A stretch of 64,000 nt of DNA from Tagaea sp. (GTDB lineage Bacteria > Pseudomonadota > Alphaproteobacteria > CACIAM-22H2): positions 704,001-768,000 of the forward strand of contig CBDIIB010000004.1 in assembly GCA_965279525.1 (NCBI GenBank), read 5' to 3'. The notes beneath the pieces were generated by a model. It was not told the origin of the DNA. It made no database searches and saw only the letters and a list, made by a program, of their open reading frames with translations. Position numbers and translations under genes: made by a program. Position 1 is the stretch's first letter. Every line of letters starts with the position of its first letter. This document shows positions 43,386 through 53,226 of the stretch, piece by piece.

Positions 43386-43979
43386 ATGGCCTTCTATCCG
43401 CAGGAGCGTCTGGCGCTCTTCATCGACGGCCCGAACCTCTACAACGCGGCGCGCGCGCTGAATTTCGACATCGACTACCGCCGTCTGCTCCAGCTCTTCC
43501 AGAGCAAGGGCCGGCTGATCCGCGCTTTCTACTACACCGCACTGGCCGAGGATCAGGACTATTCGCCGATCCGCCCGCTCGTCGACTGGCTGGACTACAA
43601 CGGCTTCACGATGGTCACCAAGCCGATGAAGGATTTCACCGACAGCCAGGGCCGCCGGCGCTTCCGCGCCAGCATGGACATCGAGATCGCGGTCGACATG
43701 ATGGACCTTGCCGACAAGCTCGACCATGTCGTGCTGTTCTCCGGCGACGGCAATTTCCGCCGCCTCGTGGAATCCGTGCAGCGGCGCGGCGTGCGCGTGT
43801 CGGTCGTCTCGACGATCCGCACCCAGCCGCCGATGGTCTCGGACGAACTGCGCCGACAGGCCGACATGTTCGTCGACCTGTTCGACCTTGCCCAGCACAT
43901 CCAGCGCGCGACCGGCGAGCGGCGCGAGAACTCGGGCGCTTCCCCCGCCCTGCCGACGACGCCGGCCGAGAACACCTGA
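43386..43979 (+). CDS. NYN domain (LabA/DUF88) protein
   Basis: FIDGPNLY, MDIEIAVD, LFSGDGNF, SDELRRQAD; AAGGA RBS. Confidence 0.92.
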   Translation: MAFYPQERLALFIDGPNLYNAARALNFDIDYRRLLQLFQSKGRLIRAFYYTALAEDQDYSPIRPLVDWLDYNGFTMVTKPMKDFTDSQGRRRFRASMDIEIAVDMMDLADKLDHVVLFSGDGNFRRLVESVQRRGVRVSVVSTIRTQPPMVSDELRRQADMFVDLFDLAQHIQRATGERRENSGASPALPTTPAENT

Positions 43980-43987
43980 AGCCCCTC

Positions 43988-44635
43988 GTGCTGGAACCCA
44001 CGCGCGACTGTCCGCTCTGCCCGCGCCTCGTGGCGCTGCGCGAGAAGCTGCGCGGTGCCCATCCCGCCTGGCACAACGCGCCTGTTCCCAGCTTCGGCAC
44101 GCGCGAAGCACGCCTGCTCGTCGTCGGTCTCGCCCCCGGCCTCAAGGGTGCCAACCGCACGGGGCGGCCCTTCACGGGCGATTTCGCGGGCGACCTTCTC
44201 TATTCCACGCTCGCCAAGTTCGGACTGGCGCGCGGTACCTACCGCGGCGGGCGCGAGGATGCGGCGTGGGTCCCCGACGATCTGGAACTGACCGGTGCGC
44301 GTCTTGCCAACGCGGTGCGCTGCCTGCCGCCGGAAAACAAGCCGGTTCCGGCCGAGGCCGCCGCGTGCCGGCCATTCCTGCGCGCCGAGATCGAGGCGAT
44401 GGCGAACCTGAAGATCGTGCTGGCGCTGGGCCGCATCGCGCACGACGCCGTGCTGGCCACGCTCGGCCGGCGCGCGTCGTCGGCGAAATTCGCGCATGGC
44501 GCCTTCCACGAACTGCCGGACGGCCGCCTGCTGGCCGACAGCTACCACTGCTCGCGCTACAACACGAACACGCGCCGGCTCACGCCGGAAATGTTCGAAG
44601 CGGTGTTCGGCGCGATCGCGCGAAAGCTGGCGTGA
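43988..44635 (+). CDS. uracil-DNA glycosylase (family 5 / UdgB-like)
   Basis: CPLCPRL, GLAPGLKGANRTGRPFTGD, CLPPENKP, SYHCSRYNTNT; start approximate. Confidence 0.9.
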   Translation: MLEPTRDCPLCPRLVALREKLRGAHPAWHNAPVPSFGTREARLLVVGLAPGLKGANRTGRPFTGDFAGDLLYSTLAKFGLARGTYRGGREDAAWVPDDLELTGARLANAVRCLPPENKPVPAEAAACRPFLRAEIEAMANLKIVLALGRIAHDAVLATLGRRASSAKFAHGAFHELPDGRLLADSYHCSRYNTNTRRLTPEMFEAVFGAIARKLA

Positions 44636-44810
44636 GCTTGCGCGCCTGCCAGAAGTTCCACGCCTTTTCGTGGAAGAAATATGCAACGGTATTCACCAAC
44701 GGCTCGACCAGCGCCAGCGCGCTCGAAACCGCCAGGCTGCCGGTGAGCAGGTACGCGACGCCGAACGCGACCGAGAAATGCACCACCGCGAATGTCGCCG
44801 TCTTGACCAT
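44580..44810 (-). CDS. DUF2061 family small membrane protein
   Basis: KTATFAVVHFSVAF...EPLVNTVAYFFHEKAW; AAGGAGG RBS. Confidence 0.85.
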   Translation of the reverse strand: MVKTATFAVVHFSVAFGVAYLLTGSLAVSSALALVEPLVNTVAYFFHEKAWNFWQARKLTPAFARSRRTPLRTFPA

Positions 44811-44891
44811 CGGACCCTCCTTGGAATTCGAGACATGCTCGCATTCTCCGGAGGTTTCGTAAAATCGATTGAATTTCAATAAATGATCGAT

Positions 44892-45440
44892 TTAGACGAT
44901 CATTTCCGGAATGTCGAGATTGTGCAGCGTGAGCGTGCGCCGGCCACCGCGCAGCGGATAGTTGCGCTCGACCGGCCCCTCGGCGCGGAAGCCGAGCTTC
45001 TCGAGCACGCGCACGGACGCTGCATTCCCGGGGAACGTCTCGGCGACCATGCGGCGCACGCCCAGCCGGCGCGCATGCGCGATGCAGGCGTTCCCGGCCT
45101 CCGTCGCGTAGCCGCGCCCGCGGAACGGCGCGCCGATCCAGTAGCCGAAACCGGGCACGCCGTCGCGCGGGCCGCCGAAGCCACTCGTCCCGACGAACGT
45201 GCCGTCGGCGAGGCGGACCGCGAAGACATGGCCGCCAGGTCCGGTGCGAAGTTCGATCCACTCCGTGGCCGCCGGCACCGTCAGCGGCTCGGGCATGTGC
45301 GACAGCATCGAGATCGCGGCAGGGTCGTCACCGAGCAGTTCGGCGAAATGGCGCCCGTCGTCAGGGACAAGCGGACGAAGCCGGAGATTCGGCGTCGCGA
45401 GCAGGGCCGTGTTGGTCGCGTAGAGGAGCGGAACGCGCAT
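44892..45440 (-). CDS. GNAT (RimJ/RimL-like) N-acetyltransferase
   Basis: GYWIGAPFRGRGYATEA, NAASVRVLEKLGF. Confidence 0.9.
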   Translation of the reverse strand: MRVPLLYATNTALLATPNLRLRPLVPDDGRHFAELLGDDPAAISMLSHMPEPLTVPAATEWIELRTGPGGHVFAVRLADGTFVGTSGFGGPRDGVPGFGYWIGAPFRGRGYATEAGNACIAHARRLGVRRMVAETFPGNAASVRVLEKLGFRAEGPVERNYPLRGGRRTLTLHNLDIPEMIV

Positions 45441-45454
45441 CCGGCGGCCGGCCG

Positions 45455-45928
45455 CTAGCGCCGGGCCGACAACAGCCGCGCCTGGCTGCGCTTCCAGTCG
45501 CGCGTGGCGACGGCCGCGCGCTTGTCGGCCTTCTTGCGGCCCTTGGCGAGGCCGAGTTCGACCTTGGCGATGCCACGCACGTTGAAATAGACCTGCAGGG
45601 GAACCAGCGTCATGCCTTCGCGCGTGACCGAACCGATCAGCTTGTTCATCTCGGTGCGATTGACCAGAAGTTTGCGCGCCCGGCGCGGCTCGTGGTTCTG
45701 GCGGTTGCCGCCGGCATATTCGGGGATATGCGCGTCGATGAGCCACAGCTCGCCGTTGCGCTCGACCGCATGCGCCTCGGCGATGGCCACGCCCGCACCC
45801 GCGCGCAGCGCCTTGACCTCAGTGCCCATCAGCACGAGGCCCGCCTCGAGCGTGCGCTCGATCGTGTAGTCGTGACGCGCCTTGCGGTTGGTCGCGGCGA
45901 CCTTGCGGCCGGTATCCGGTGCTGCCAT
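45455..45928 (-). CDS. smpB: SsrA-binding protein
   Basis: [31 protein letters not shown]. Confidence 0.96.
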   Translation of the reverse strand: MAAPDTGRKVAATNRKARHDYTIERTLEAGLVLMGTEVKALRAGAGVAIAEAHAVERNGELWLIDAHIPEYAGGNRQNHEPRRARKLLVNRTEMNKLIGSVTREGMTLVPLQVYFNVRGIAKVELGLAKGRKKADKRAAVATRDWKRSQARLLSARR

Positions 45929-45949
45929 CGGTGCCGCTGTCGGAACCCC

Positions 45950-46825
45950 CTAGCGCAGGAGCCCCGCCCCCTTCATCGCCGCGCGGACCCGCTCCTTGGT
46001 CTCGGAGGTGATCGGGCCGAGCGGCAGGCGCACCTCGTCGGTGCAAATACCCATCAAGGAGGCGGCATACTTGACCGGACCCGGGCTCGTCTCGGCGAAC
46101 AAGGCCTTGTGCAGCGGCATCAGCGTGTCCTGCAGCTTGAGGGCGGCCTTGCCGTCGCCCTTCAGCGAGGCGGCCTGCATGCGCGCGACCATCTTGGGCG
46201 CGATGTTCCCGGTGACCGAGATGCAGCCCGAGCCGCCCGTCGCGTTGAAGGCGAGCGCCGTGCCGTCGTCGCCGTCGAGCTGGACGAAATCGGCGCCGCA
46301 GGCGAGCCGCTGCAGGCCCGGACGCGTCAGATCGCCGGTGGCATCCTTGACGCCGACGATGTTCTTGATCTGCGCCAGCCGCCCCATTGTCTCGACCGAC
46401 ATGTCAACAGCACAGCGGCCGGGGATGTTGTAGATGTAGATCGGGATCTTGACCGACTTCGCGATCGCCGCGTAGTGGCGGTAGAGGCCTTCCTGCGTCG
46501 GCCTGTTGTAATAGGGCGTCACGACGAGGGCGGCATCGCAGCCGGTCTGTTCGGCATGGCGCGTGAGGCTGATCGCCTCGTCGGTCGAGTTCGAGCCGGT
46601 ACCGGCCATCACCGGCACGCGGCCCTTGGCGGCGGCAACGCACATCTCGATGACGGCTTCGTGTTCCTCGTGGCTCAATGTCGGCGATTCGCCGGTCGTG
46701 CCGCACGGGACGAGCCCGTTCGTGCCCTGCGCGATCTGCCAGGCGACGAATTTCTTGAACGCCGGCTCGTCCACCTGTCCGTTGCGAAACGGCGTGATGA
46801 GGGCGACGAACGATCCCTTGAACAT
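45950..46825 (-). CDS. dapA: 4-hydroxy-tetrahydrodipicolinate synthase
   Basis: GTTGESPTL, PYYNRP, YNIPGR, GVKDATG. Confidence 0.96.
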   Translation of the reverse strand: MFKGSFVALITPFRNGQVDEPAFKKFVAWQIAQGTNGLVPCGTTGESPTLSHEEHEAVIEMCVAAAKGRVPVMAGTGSNSTDEAISLTRHAEQTGCDAALVVTPYYNRPTQEGLYRHYAAIAKSVKIPIYIYNIPGRCAVDMSVETMGRLAQIKNIVGVKDATGDLTRPGLQRLACGADFVQLDGDDGTALAFNATGGSGCISVTGNIAPKMVARMQAASLKGDGKAALKLQDTLMPLHKALFAETSPGPVKYAASLMGICTDEVRLPLGPITSETKERVRAAMKGAGLLR

Positions 46826-46944
46826 GGGGAGGTCTCTCCGGACGGTTTCTGGTTGTCGGGCCGGGAACTTAGACCCGCAAGCCGCGCCACGCAACACGCA
46901 CCTCGCGCCTTGCGCCGGGGGGCCGGGCGGTCTTAACTCGTGGA

Positions 46945-49104
46945 ATGACTTCCAGGACCCGATTCGCGCTGGCCCTCGCCTGGGCCGCATTGACGCTGAC
47001 TGCCTGCACGCGCGGCGATGCGGCTGCCATCCCGGGCGATTCCGGTGCCGCGTCGAAGGCCGAAGCGAACGGCGCCGAGGTCGAACAGGTCGCGGCTGCC
47101 GTCGAGACGGGCGAGATCCGGCTGGCCCAGGCGCGCACGAGCGGGACCCAGTCGGCAGCGATATCGACGGCCGCCCGGTCGATCCCGCCCCTCGGACCGC
47201 CGGTGCTCAACGCCCAGCAGCGCGAGATCTACACGCAGGTTTTCGCGGCCGTCGAAGCGGGGCGCTGGGAAGCGGCGCGCACGCTGCTGGCCCGCGGCAA
47301 CCATCCGGTCGCCAACAAGCTTTTCCGGTGGCTCGAACTGCAGTTGCCGCGCTCGGGCGTGGCGTTCGAGGACATCGTCCAGTTCGTCGACCAGAACCCG
47401 GACTGGCCGGCCCTCGACACGATCTCGCGCCGCGCGGAAGAAGCACTGCTCGACCGGCCGGCGAACGACACGCTCGTCCTGGCCTGGTTCGGCACCCGCA
47501 ACCCGCTCACGCCGGACGGTGCCATGCGCTATGCCGACGCGCTCGCGGCGTCGGGCGACCGGGCGCGCGCCCAGCAGGTCATCCGCGACCATTGGGTCTC
47601 GGGCACGTTCAACGAAGTCCAGCACAAGCGCTGGATGGAACGCTATCGCAGCCAGTTCACGCCGGACCTTCACTGGACCAAACTCGACCGCCTGCTGTGG
47701 GAAGGCAAGATCGAGGAGGCGCGGCGCATCTTCCCGCTCGTCAGCCCCGAACGGCGCACGCTTGCCGACGCGCGCCTGCGCATCCGCTCGGGCGGCAACG
47801 CCGAGGCGCAGAGCCGCCGCGTGCCCGAATCCCTGCGCGACGATTCCGGCCTGCTGTACGAACGCGTGCGCGCCCAGCGCAAGGCCAACCGAGACGCGAC
47901 GGCGCGCGACATCCTGCGTGCCCTGCCACGCGACATCTCCAAGCCCGATCTCTGGTGGGGCGAGCGCGGCACGCTTGCGCGCCGCTCGATCGTCGCCGGC
48001 GACGCGGGCGAGGCCTATCGCCTGGCATCCGAACACCGGATGACGCCGGCCAACGGCGCCAACTTCCTCGAAGCTGAATTCCTTGCGGGCTGGGTCGCAC
48101 TTCGCCGGATGAACAAGCCGGCCGACGCCCTCGCGCATTTCGAAAAGGTGCACGAGACCGCCCGCTTCCCCGTATCGCGCGCACGTGGCGCCTACTGGTC
48201 GGGCCGCGCGTTCGAAGCGCAGGGCAATGCCGACAAGGCGCGCGAATGGTACGTGCGCGCGGCGTCCTACCACACGACCTACTACGGTCAGCTCGCCAAC
48301 GGCCGGCTCGCCGGCGCCGCGCGCCAGTCGTGGCCGGCCGCGATCGTGCCGACGGCCGAAGACCGCCGTGCCTTCGAGCGCAGCGAGGCGGTGCAGGCCG
48401 CGCGCATCCTGATCGAGACGCGCGAGAAGCCCGAACGCGCGCGCCCGTTCCTCGTGCGCCTTGCCAATGTCGCGCGCACGCCGGCCCAGCACGCGCTGGT
48501 CTCCGAGTTCGCGCACCAGCTCGGCCGCAACGACCTCGCGGTCATCGTCTCGAAGCGTTCGGCGCAGGTCGCCGGCGTGCAGCTCCACGATCTGGGCTGG
48601 CCGACGATGCCGATCGCCGGCGACAAGCCGGAACGCGCACTCACCTACGCGATCATCCGCCAGGAAAGCCAGTTCGAGCCGGAGGCCGTCAGCCGTGCGG
48701 GTGCGCGCGGCCTGATGCAGCTGATGCCCGCGACGGCGCGCGCGGTCGCCAAGTCCGACGGCCAGAATGCCCATAGCGAAGCGAAGCTGTTCGAGCCGGC
48801 GTACAACGTCCGCCTCGGGCGCGCATATCTGGCGTCGCTCATCGACGATTTCAACGGCTCGTACGTGCTGGCGATCGCCGGGTACAACGCCGGCCCCGGC
48901 CGGTCGCGCGAATGGATGCGCAATTTCGGCGATCCGCGATCGCCGGAAGTCGATGTCGTCGACTGGGTCGAGATGATCCCGTTCGAGGAGACGCGCACCT
49001 ATGTCCAGCGCGTCATGGAAAACCTGCATGTCTACCGCCGCAACCTGCAGCCCACGCAGATGGCGGTCGACATCGAACGGGATCTGCGGCGCGGCCGGAA
49101 CTGA
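46945..49104 (+). CDS. soluble lytic murein transglycosylase (Slt70-like), possible lipoprotein
   Basis: IIRQESQF, GARGLMQLMPATA, YNAGPG, ETRTYVQRV; LTAC lipobox-like signal. Confidence 0.93.
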   Translation: MTSRTRFALALAWAALTLTACTRGDAAAIPGDSGAASKAEANGAEVEQVAAAVETGEIRLAQARTSGTQSAAISTAARSIPPLGPPVLNAQQREIYTQVFAAVEAGRWEAARTLLARGNHPVANKLFRWLELQLPRSGVAFEDIVQFVDQNPDWPALDTISRRAEEALLDRPANDTLVLAWFGTRNPLTPDGAMRYADALAASGDRARAQQVIRDHWVSGTFNEVQHKRWMERYRSQFTPDLHWTKLDRLLWEGKIEEARRIFPLVSPERRTLADARLRIRSGGNAEAQSRRVPESLRDDSGLLYERVRAQRKANRDATARDILRALPRDISKPDLWWGERGTLARRSIVAGDAGEAYRLASEHRMTPANGANFLEAEFLAGWVALRRMNKPADALAHFEKVHETARFPVSRARGAYWSGRAFEAQGNADKAREWYVRAASYHTTYYGQLANGRLAGAARQSWPAAIVPTAEDRRAFERSEAVQAARILIETREKPERARPFLVRLANVARTPAQHALVSEFAHQLGRNDLAVIVSKRSAQVAGVQLHDLGWPTMPIAGDKPERALTYAIIRQESQFEPEAVSRAGARGLMQLMPATARAVAKSDGQNAHSEAKLFEPAYNVRLGRAYLASLIDDFNGSYVLAIAGYNAGPGRSREWMRNFGDPRSPEVDVVDWVEMIPFEETRTYVQRVMENLHVYRRNLQPTQMAVDIERDLRRGRN

Positions 49105-49105
49105 C

Positions 49106-49633
49106 ATGGCTTTCACGGTGCGACCTGTACGGGCCGACGACGGTCCGATCCTCGCGGACCTGCACGTGCGCAGCTGGCGCAGCGCCTATCGCGGCATCCT
49201 GTCGGACGCGTTCCTCGAAAGCGGCGTGGTCGAGGAACGCCGGGCCGTCTGGTCCGCGCGGATGGCGGCATGGAACCCGGCGCGCAGCTTCGCCGAGATC
49301 GCCGAGATCGACGGCGTGCCCTGCGGGTTCGTGTGCGTGATGCGCGACATCGGACCCGAGCACGGCGTGCTGCTCGACAACCTCCACGTCCTGCCCGGCG
49401 ATCGCGGCGGCGGCATCGGCCGGCGCCTGCTGGCCGATGCCGCGCGCTGGGTCGCCGACCGGTGCCCGGGCTCGCCGATGTACCTGACGGTCTATTTCGC
49501 GAACGAGAACGCGTGCGCGTTCTACCGCCGGATGGGCGGCATCGCATCCGAGCCCTACGACGAGCGCGAACATGACGGCCGCACGCACCGCGTCCTGCGC
49601 TTCGTCTGGCCGAAGCCCGAAACGGTCCGATGA
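49106..49633 (+). CDS. GNAT family N-acetyltransferase
   Basis: SWRSAYRGIL, LDNLHVLPGDRGGGIGRRL, AFYRRMGG. Confidence 0.88.
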   Translation: MAFTVRPVRADDGPILADLHVRSWRSAYRGILSDAFLESGVVEERRAVWSARMAAWNPARSFAEIAEIDGVPCGFVCVMRDIGPEHGVLLDNLHVLPGDRGGGIGRRLLADAARWVADRCPGSPMYLTVYFANENACAFYRRMGGIASEPYDEREHDGRTHRVLRFVWPKPETVR

Positions 49634-50289
49634 GCGCCGCTCTCGTCATCTTCGACATGGACGGCGTGCTCGTCGATTCCGAGCGCATCGCCAACCGGAT
49701 CCTGCACGAGGACCTGCGCGCGGCCGGCGTCGACCTGACGCTCGAGGAATCGACCCGCAGCTTCGTCGGCCGCAAGGCCGGCTGGACGGTCGCGAACGTG
49801 CGCGAACGCTGGGGCATCGTGCTGCCGGCCGATTTCGAGAAGCGCCTGCGCGAGCGCACGCTTGCGGCCTATGACGGCGAACTGCGTGCGGTCGACGGCA
49901 TCGAGGCGGCCCTCGACGCGCTCGCCCTGCCCTATTGCCTCGCCTCGTCGAGCGACCCCACGCGCATCGACAAGAGCCTGTCGCTGTGCGGCCTTTCGGC
50001 GCGCTTCGAGGGGCGTACGTTCAGCGCCACGCAAGTGAAGCACGGCAAGCCCGCTCCCGACCTGTTCCTGTTCGCGGCCGAACGGATGGGTGTGGGGCCT
50101 GCGCGCTGCGTCGTCGTCGAGGATACGCTCGTGGGGCTTGCGGCCGCGAAGGCGGCCGGAATGCCGGCCTTCGCCTATGCCGGGGCCGGCCACACCGCGC
50201 GCGGCGAACTTGCCGCGACGGGTGCGACCGTCTTCGACCGGATGGCCGAACTGCCGGCCCTGCTCACTCTTTCGCGAGCAGGTGGATGA
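49630..50289 (+). CDS. HAD family phosphatase
   Basis: FDMDGVLVDSE, GKPAPDLF, VVEDT. Confidence 0.92.
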   Translation: MSAALVIFDMDGVLVDSERIANRILHEDLRAAGVDLTLEESTRSFVGRKAGWTVANVRERWGIVLPADFEKRLRERTLAAYDGELRAVDGIEAALDALALPYCLASSSDPTRIDKSLSLCGLSARFEGRTFSATQVKHGKPAPDLFLFAAERMGVGPARCVVVEDTLVGLAAAKAAGMPAFAYAGAGHTARGELAATGATVFDRMAELPALLTLSRAGG

Positions 50290-51133
50290 GCGAGGACGTG
50301 TCCCAGCGCCCGCCGCCGCGCGCCTGCACGGTCGCGTAGAACTGGTCGACGAGCGCGATCACCGGCAGGCGGGCCTTGTTGTTCTTCGCCTCGTCGAGGC
50401 AGATCGCCAGGTCCTTGCGCATCCAGTCGACCGCGAAGCCGAAATCGAACTTGCCCTGCACCATCGTCTTGGCGCGGTTTTCCATCTGCCACGAGCCGGC
50501 GGCACCCTTGGTGATGACCGACAGCACCTTGTCGGTGTCGAGGCCGGCCTTGACCGCGAAGTTCATGCCTTCCGACAGGCCCTGCAGGAGCCCGGCGATG
50601 CAGATCTGGTTGACCATCTTGGTGAGCTGGCCCGCACCGGCCGGCCCCATGTGGGTCAGCGCCTTGGCGTAGATCTTCAGGACAGGCTCTGCCGTGGCGA
50701 ACGTGGGATCGGCGCCGCCGACCATGATGCCGAGCTGGCCGTTCTCGGCGCCGGCCTGCCCGCCCGACACGGGCGCGTCGAGGAAGCCCACGCCCTTTTC
50801 CGCCGCCGCCTTCTCGATCTCGCGCGCGACGGCCGCCGATGCGGTCGTGTGGTCGACGAGGATTGTGCCCGCCTTCATGCCGGCGAGTGCGCCGTCCTTG
50901 CCGTAGACGACCGAGCGCAGGTCGTCGTCGTTGCCAACGCAGGTCAGCACGATATCGGCACCCTGTGCGGCAAGAGCGGGCGTGGCGGCACTGGTGCCGC
51001 CGTGCTTGGCCACCCACGCCTCGGCCTTCTTGGCGTTGCGGTTATAGACGGTGACGGCGTGGCCGGCCTTCTGAAGATGGCCCGCCATCGGAAAACCCAT
51101 CACGCCCAGTCCCAGGAATGCCAGCTTGGCCAT
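50264..51133 (-). CDS. NAD(P)-dependent beta-hydroxyacid dehydrogenase (GarR/MmsB family)
   Basis: FLGLGVMGFPMA, DAPVSGGQAGA, TKMVNQ, FGFAVDWMRKDL. Confidence 0.92.
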   Translation of the reverse strand: MAKLAFLGLGVMGFPMAGHLQKAGHAVTVYNRNAKKAEAWVAKHGGTSAATPALAAQGADIVLTCVGNDDDLRSVVYGKDGALAGMKAGTILVDHTTASAAVAREIEKAAAEKGVGFLDAPVSGGQAGAENGQLGIMVGGADPTFATAEPVLKIYAKALTHMGPAGAGQLTKMVNQICIAGLLQGLSEGMNFAVKAGLDTDKVLSVITKGAAGSWQMENRAKTMVQGKFDFGFAVDWMRKDLAICLDEAKNNKARLPVIALVDQFYATVQARGGGRWDTSSLIHLLAKE

Positions 51134-51193
51134 CGTCGAAACCCTCCCTCGGCACGCCGTGAATTCGGCGCGCGCAAATCGCCGGAACTTTTC

Positions 51194-51319
51194 TCAAAGA
51201 CAGGCGAAGAACGCAAGGTCGAGGAGGATCGCAGGTCCCCTGGTCGCCCACAGCCACACGGCCCCCAGGAACACCGCCCCGGTCCCGGCGATCACGCCGA
51301 TCTGGGTCGGGGTTCCCAT
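51194..51319 (-). CDS. small membrane protein (41 aa) directly downstream of the MFS gene
   Basis: MGTPTQIGVIAGTGAVFLGAVWLWATRGPAILLDLAFFACL; ATG 5 nt after the MFS stop; one TM. Confidence 0.6.
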   Translation of the reverse strand: MGTPTQIGVIAGTGAVFLGAVWLWATRGPAILLDLAFFACL

Positions 51320-51324
51320 GTGAC

Positions 51325-52530
51325 TCAGGCCCCGGCCGGCGCCGTCAGTCGCGCCTGCGGGGCATCGCGCAGCGGCCAATGGAGGGCCGCCGCGATGAAC
51401 CCGGTTACGACGCACAGGCCCCAGACGATGTCGTAGGACCCGTAGAGGTCGAAGACCTTGCCGCCGAGCCAGGCGCCCATGAAGCTGCCGATCTGGTGCG
51501 AGAAGAAGACGATCCCGTAGAGCGTCGAGATATAGGTCGTACCGAAGATCTGCCCGACGAGGCCCGAGGTCAGCGGCACGGTCGACAGCCACAGGAGGCC
51601 GAGCGCCGCGGCAAAGACCAGCACGCTCGCCTCGCTGATCGGCGTCAGCAGGAACACGATGAACACGACCGAGCGGCCGATATAGATGCCGGCCAGCAGG
51701 TACTTCTTCCGCCGGGTCTGGCCGAGCATGCCGGCCGTATAGGTGCCGATGATGTTGAACAGCCCGACAAGCGCCAGTGCCCACGCACCGACCCAGCCCG
51801 GCAGGCCCTTGTCGGCGACGTAAGCCGGCAGGTGGACGCCGACGAACACGACCTGGAAGCCGCAGACGAAGAAGCCGATCGTCAGCAGCCAGAAACCCGA
51901 ATGGCCGAACGCTTCCTTGAGGGCGGCGCGCAGCGTCTGCTGCGACTGGGCACTGGCCGGCGCCGCGAGCCCGCGCAGGCCGAGCGCCAGCGGCAGGATC
52001 GACAGCGCCGTGACCGCAAGCACGAACAGCGCGCCGCGCCAGCCGAGCGCGTCGAGGAAGAGCTGGCCATAGGGCAGGAAGGCGAACTGGCCGAACGACC
52101 CGCCCGCCGCGACGATGCCGAGCGCCATCGAGCGCTTTTCCGGCGGTGCGGCGCGGCCGACGGCCCCAAGAATGATCGAGAACCCGGCACCGGCCATCGC
52201 GAGGCCCTGAAGCACGTTGCCAAGGATGATCAGCGAGCCGTCCGTGGCGGCCGACAGGCCCCAGAAGCCGCCCGCATAGAGCAGGCCGCCGACAAGGATC
52301 GCGCGCGAGGTGCCGAACTTGTCGGCGATGGCGCCGGCGAACGGACCGGCGGCCCCCCACAGCAGGTTCGAGATCGCCAGGCCGAACGCGAGCACCTCGC
52401 GTCCCGTCCCCAGTTCGATCGTCATCGGCTTCATGAACAGGCCGAGCGTGTTGCGCAGCCCCATCATCACGGTCAGCACGAGCGATCCGCATATCAGGAT
52501 CGTCAGATAGCTGCTCTTGCGTTCTTCCAT
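51325..52530 (-). CDS. MFS transporter
   Basis: GAIADKFG motif A, FFVCGFQ, LSTVPLTSG, HQIGSF; AAGGA RBS. Confidence 0.92.
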   Translation of the reverse strand: MEERKSSYLTILICGSLVLTVMMGLRNTLGLFMKPMTIELGTGREVLAFGLAISNLLWGAAGPFAGAIADKFGTSRAILVGGLLYAGGFWGLSAATDGSLIILGNVLQGLAMAGAGFSIILGAVGRAAPPEKRSMALGIVAAGGSFGQFAFLPYGQLFLDALGWRGALFVLAVTALSILPLALGLRGLAAPASAQSQQTLRAALKEAFGHSGFWLLTIGFFVCGFQVVFVGVHLPAYVADKGLPGWVGAWALALVGLFNIIGTYTAGMLGQTRRKKYLLAGIYIGRSVVFIVFLLTPISEASVLVFAAALGLLWLSTVPLTSGLVGQIFGTTYISTLYGIVFFSHQIGSFMGAWLGGKVFDLYGSYDIVWGLCVVTGFIAAALHWPLRDAPQARLTAPAGA

Positions 52531-52644
52531 GGGATGTTCCTTTGCGGGCAGGCGGCGATTGTCTCGCGGAACTTCGCGCACCCGCAAGCCGAACATTGTC
52601 GCCTTACGCGCCAGGCCGGCAGACCTGCCATGCAACCGGGTCGT

Positions 52645-53226
52645 TCAACCTTGGACGGTGTAGGGGGATTCCGCCGCCGGCGACCAATCCTTGCGGTGCA
52701 GGCGATAGAGCAGATGACGCCGCAGGGGGTGACCCTCCGCCACGCGCGGATGGTCGAAGGCGCCTTCGGGATCCTCGCGGAGGCCGATCCGCTCCATCAC
52801 CGTGCGCGAGGCACGGTTGTCGGGCACGACGAAGGCGATGATCTCCGCGAGGCCGCCGGGTCCGAAGGCGAAATCCAGTGCCGCCTTCGCCGCCTCGGTC
52901 GCGTAGCCCTTGCCCCAGTGCGCGCGCGCCAGCCGCCAGCCGATCTCGACGCGGCGCGGCGGGTCGTCGAAACTGACTTCCCACGGACCGACGAAGCCGG
53001 CAAACGGCGTCACGCCGGGGACCTCGACGGCCCACGGCCCGTAGGGCGTGCGCTCGAACTGCGAGGACAGGAAATCGGCGTTCGCATCGCTTTCGGCGCG
53101 CGTCTGCAATGTGGGGAAGAACCGCCGGACTTCCGGATCGGCGTTGAGGGCGGCGAACGGCGCGCGGTCCGCGTCGCGCCAGGGCCGCAGCACGAGGCGC
53201 GACGTGCGCAGCGTGACGCCGGTCAT
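52645..53226 (-). CDS. GNAT (RimJ/RimL-like) N-acetyltransferase
   Basis: EIGWRLARAHWGKGYATEAA, NRASRTVMERIG, FDHPRV. Confidence 0.92.
   Translation of the reverse strand: MTGVTLRTSRLVLRPWRDADRAPFAALNADPEVRRFFPTLQTRAESDANADFLSSQFERTPYGPWAVEVPGVTPFAGFVGPWEVSFDDPPRRVEIGWRLARAHWGKGYATEAAKAALDFAFGPGGLAEIIAFVVPDNRASRTVMERIGLREDPEGAFDHPRVAEGHPLRRHLLYRLHRKDWSPAAESPYTVQG

Noticed and set aside
40047-43979. 1310-aa plus-strand ORF
   Set aside because: High-GC antisense shadow of spoT/rpoZ/folK; only the last 197 aa (NYN protein) look real
45440-45950. tmRNA (ssrA) next to smpB
   Set aside because: No intergenic space and no tRNA-like ends
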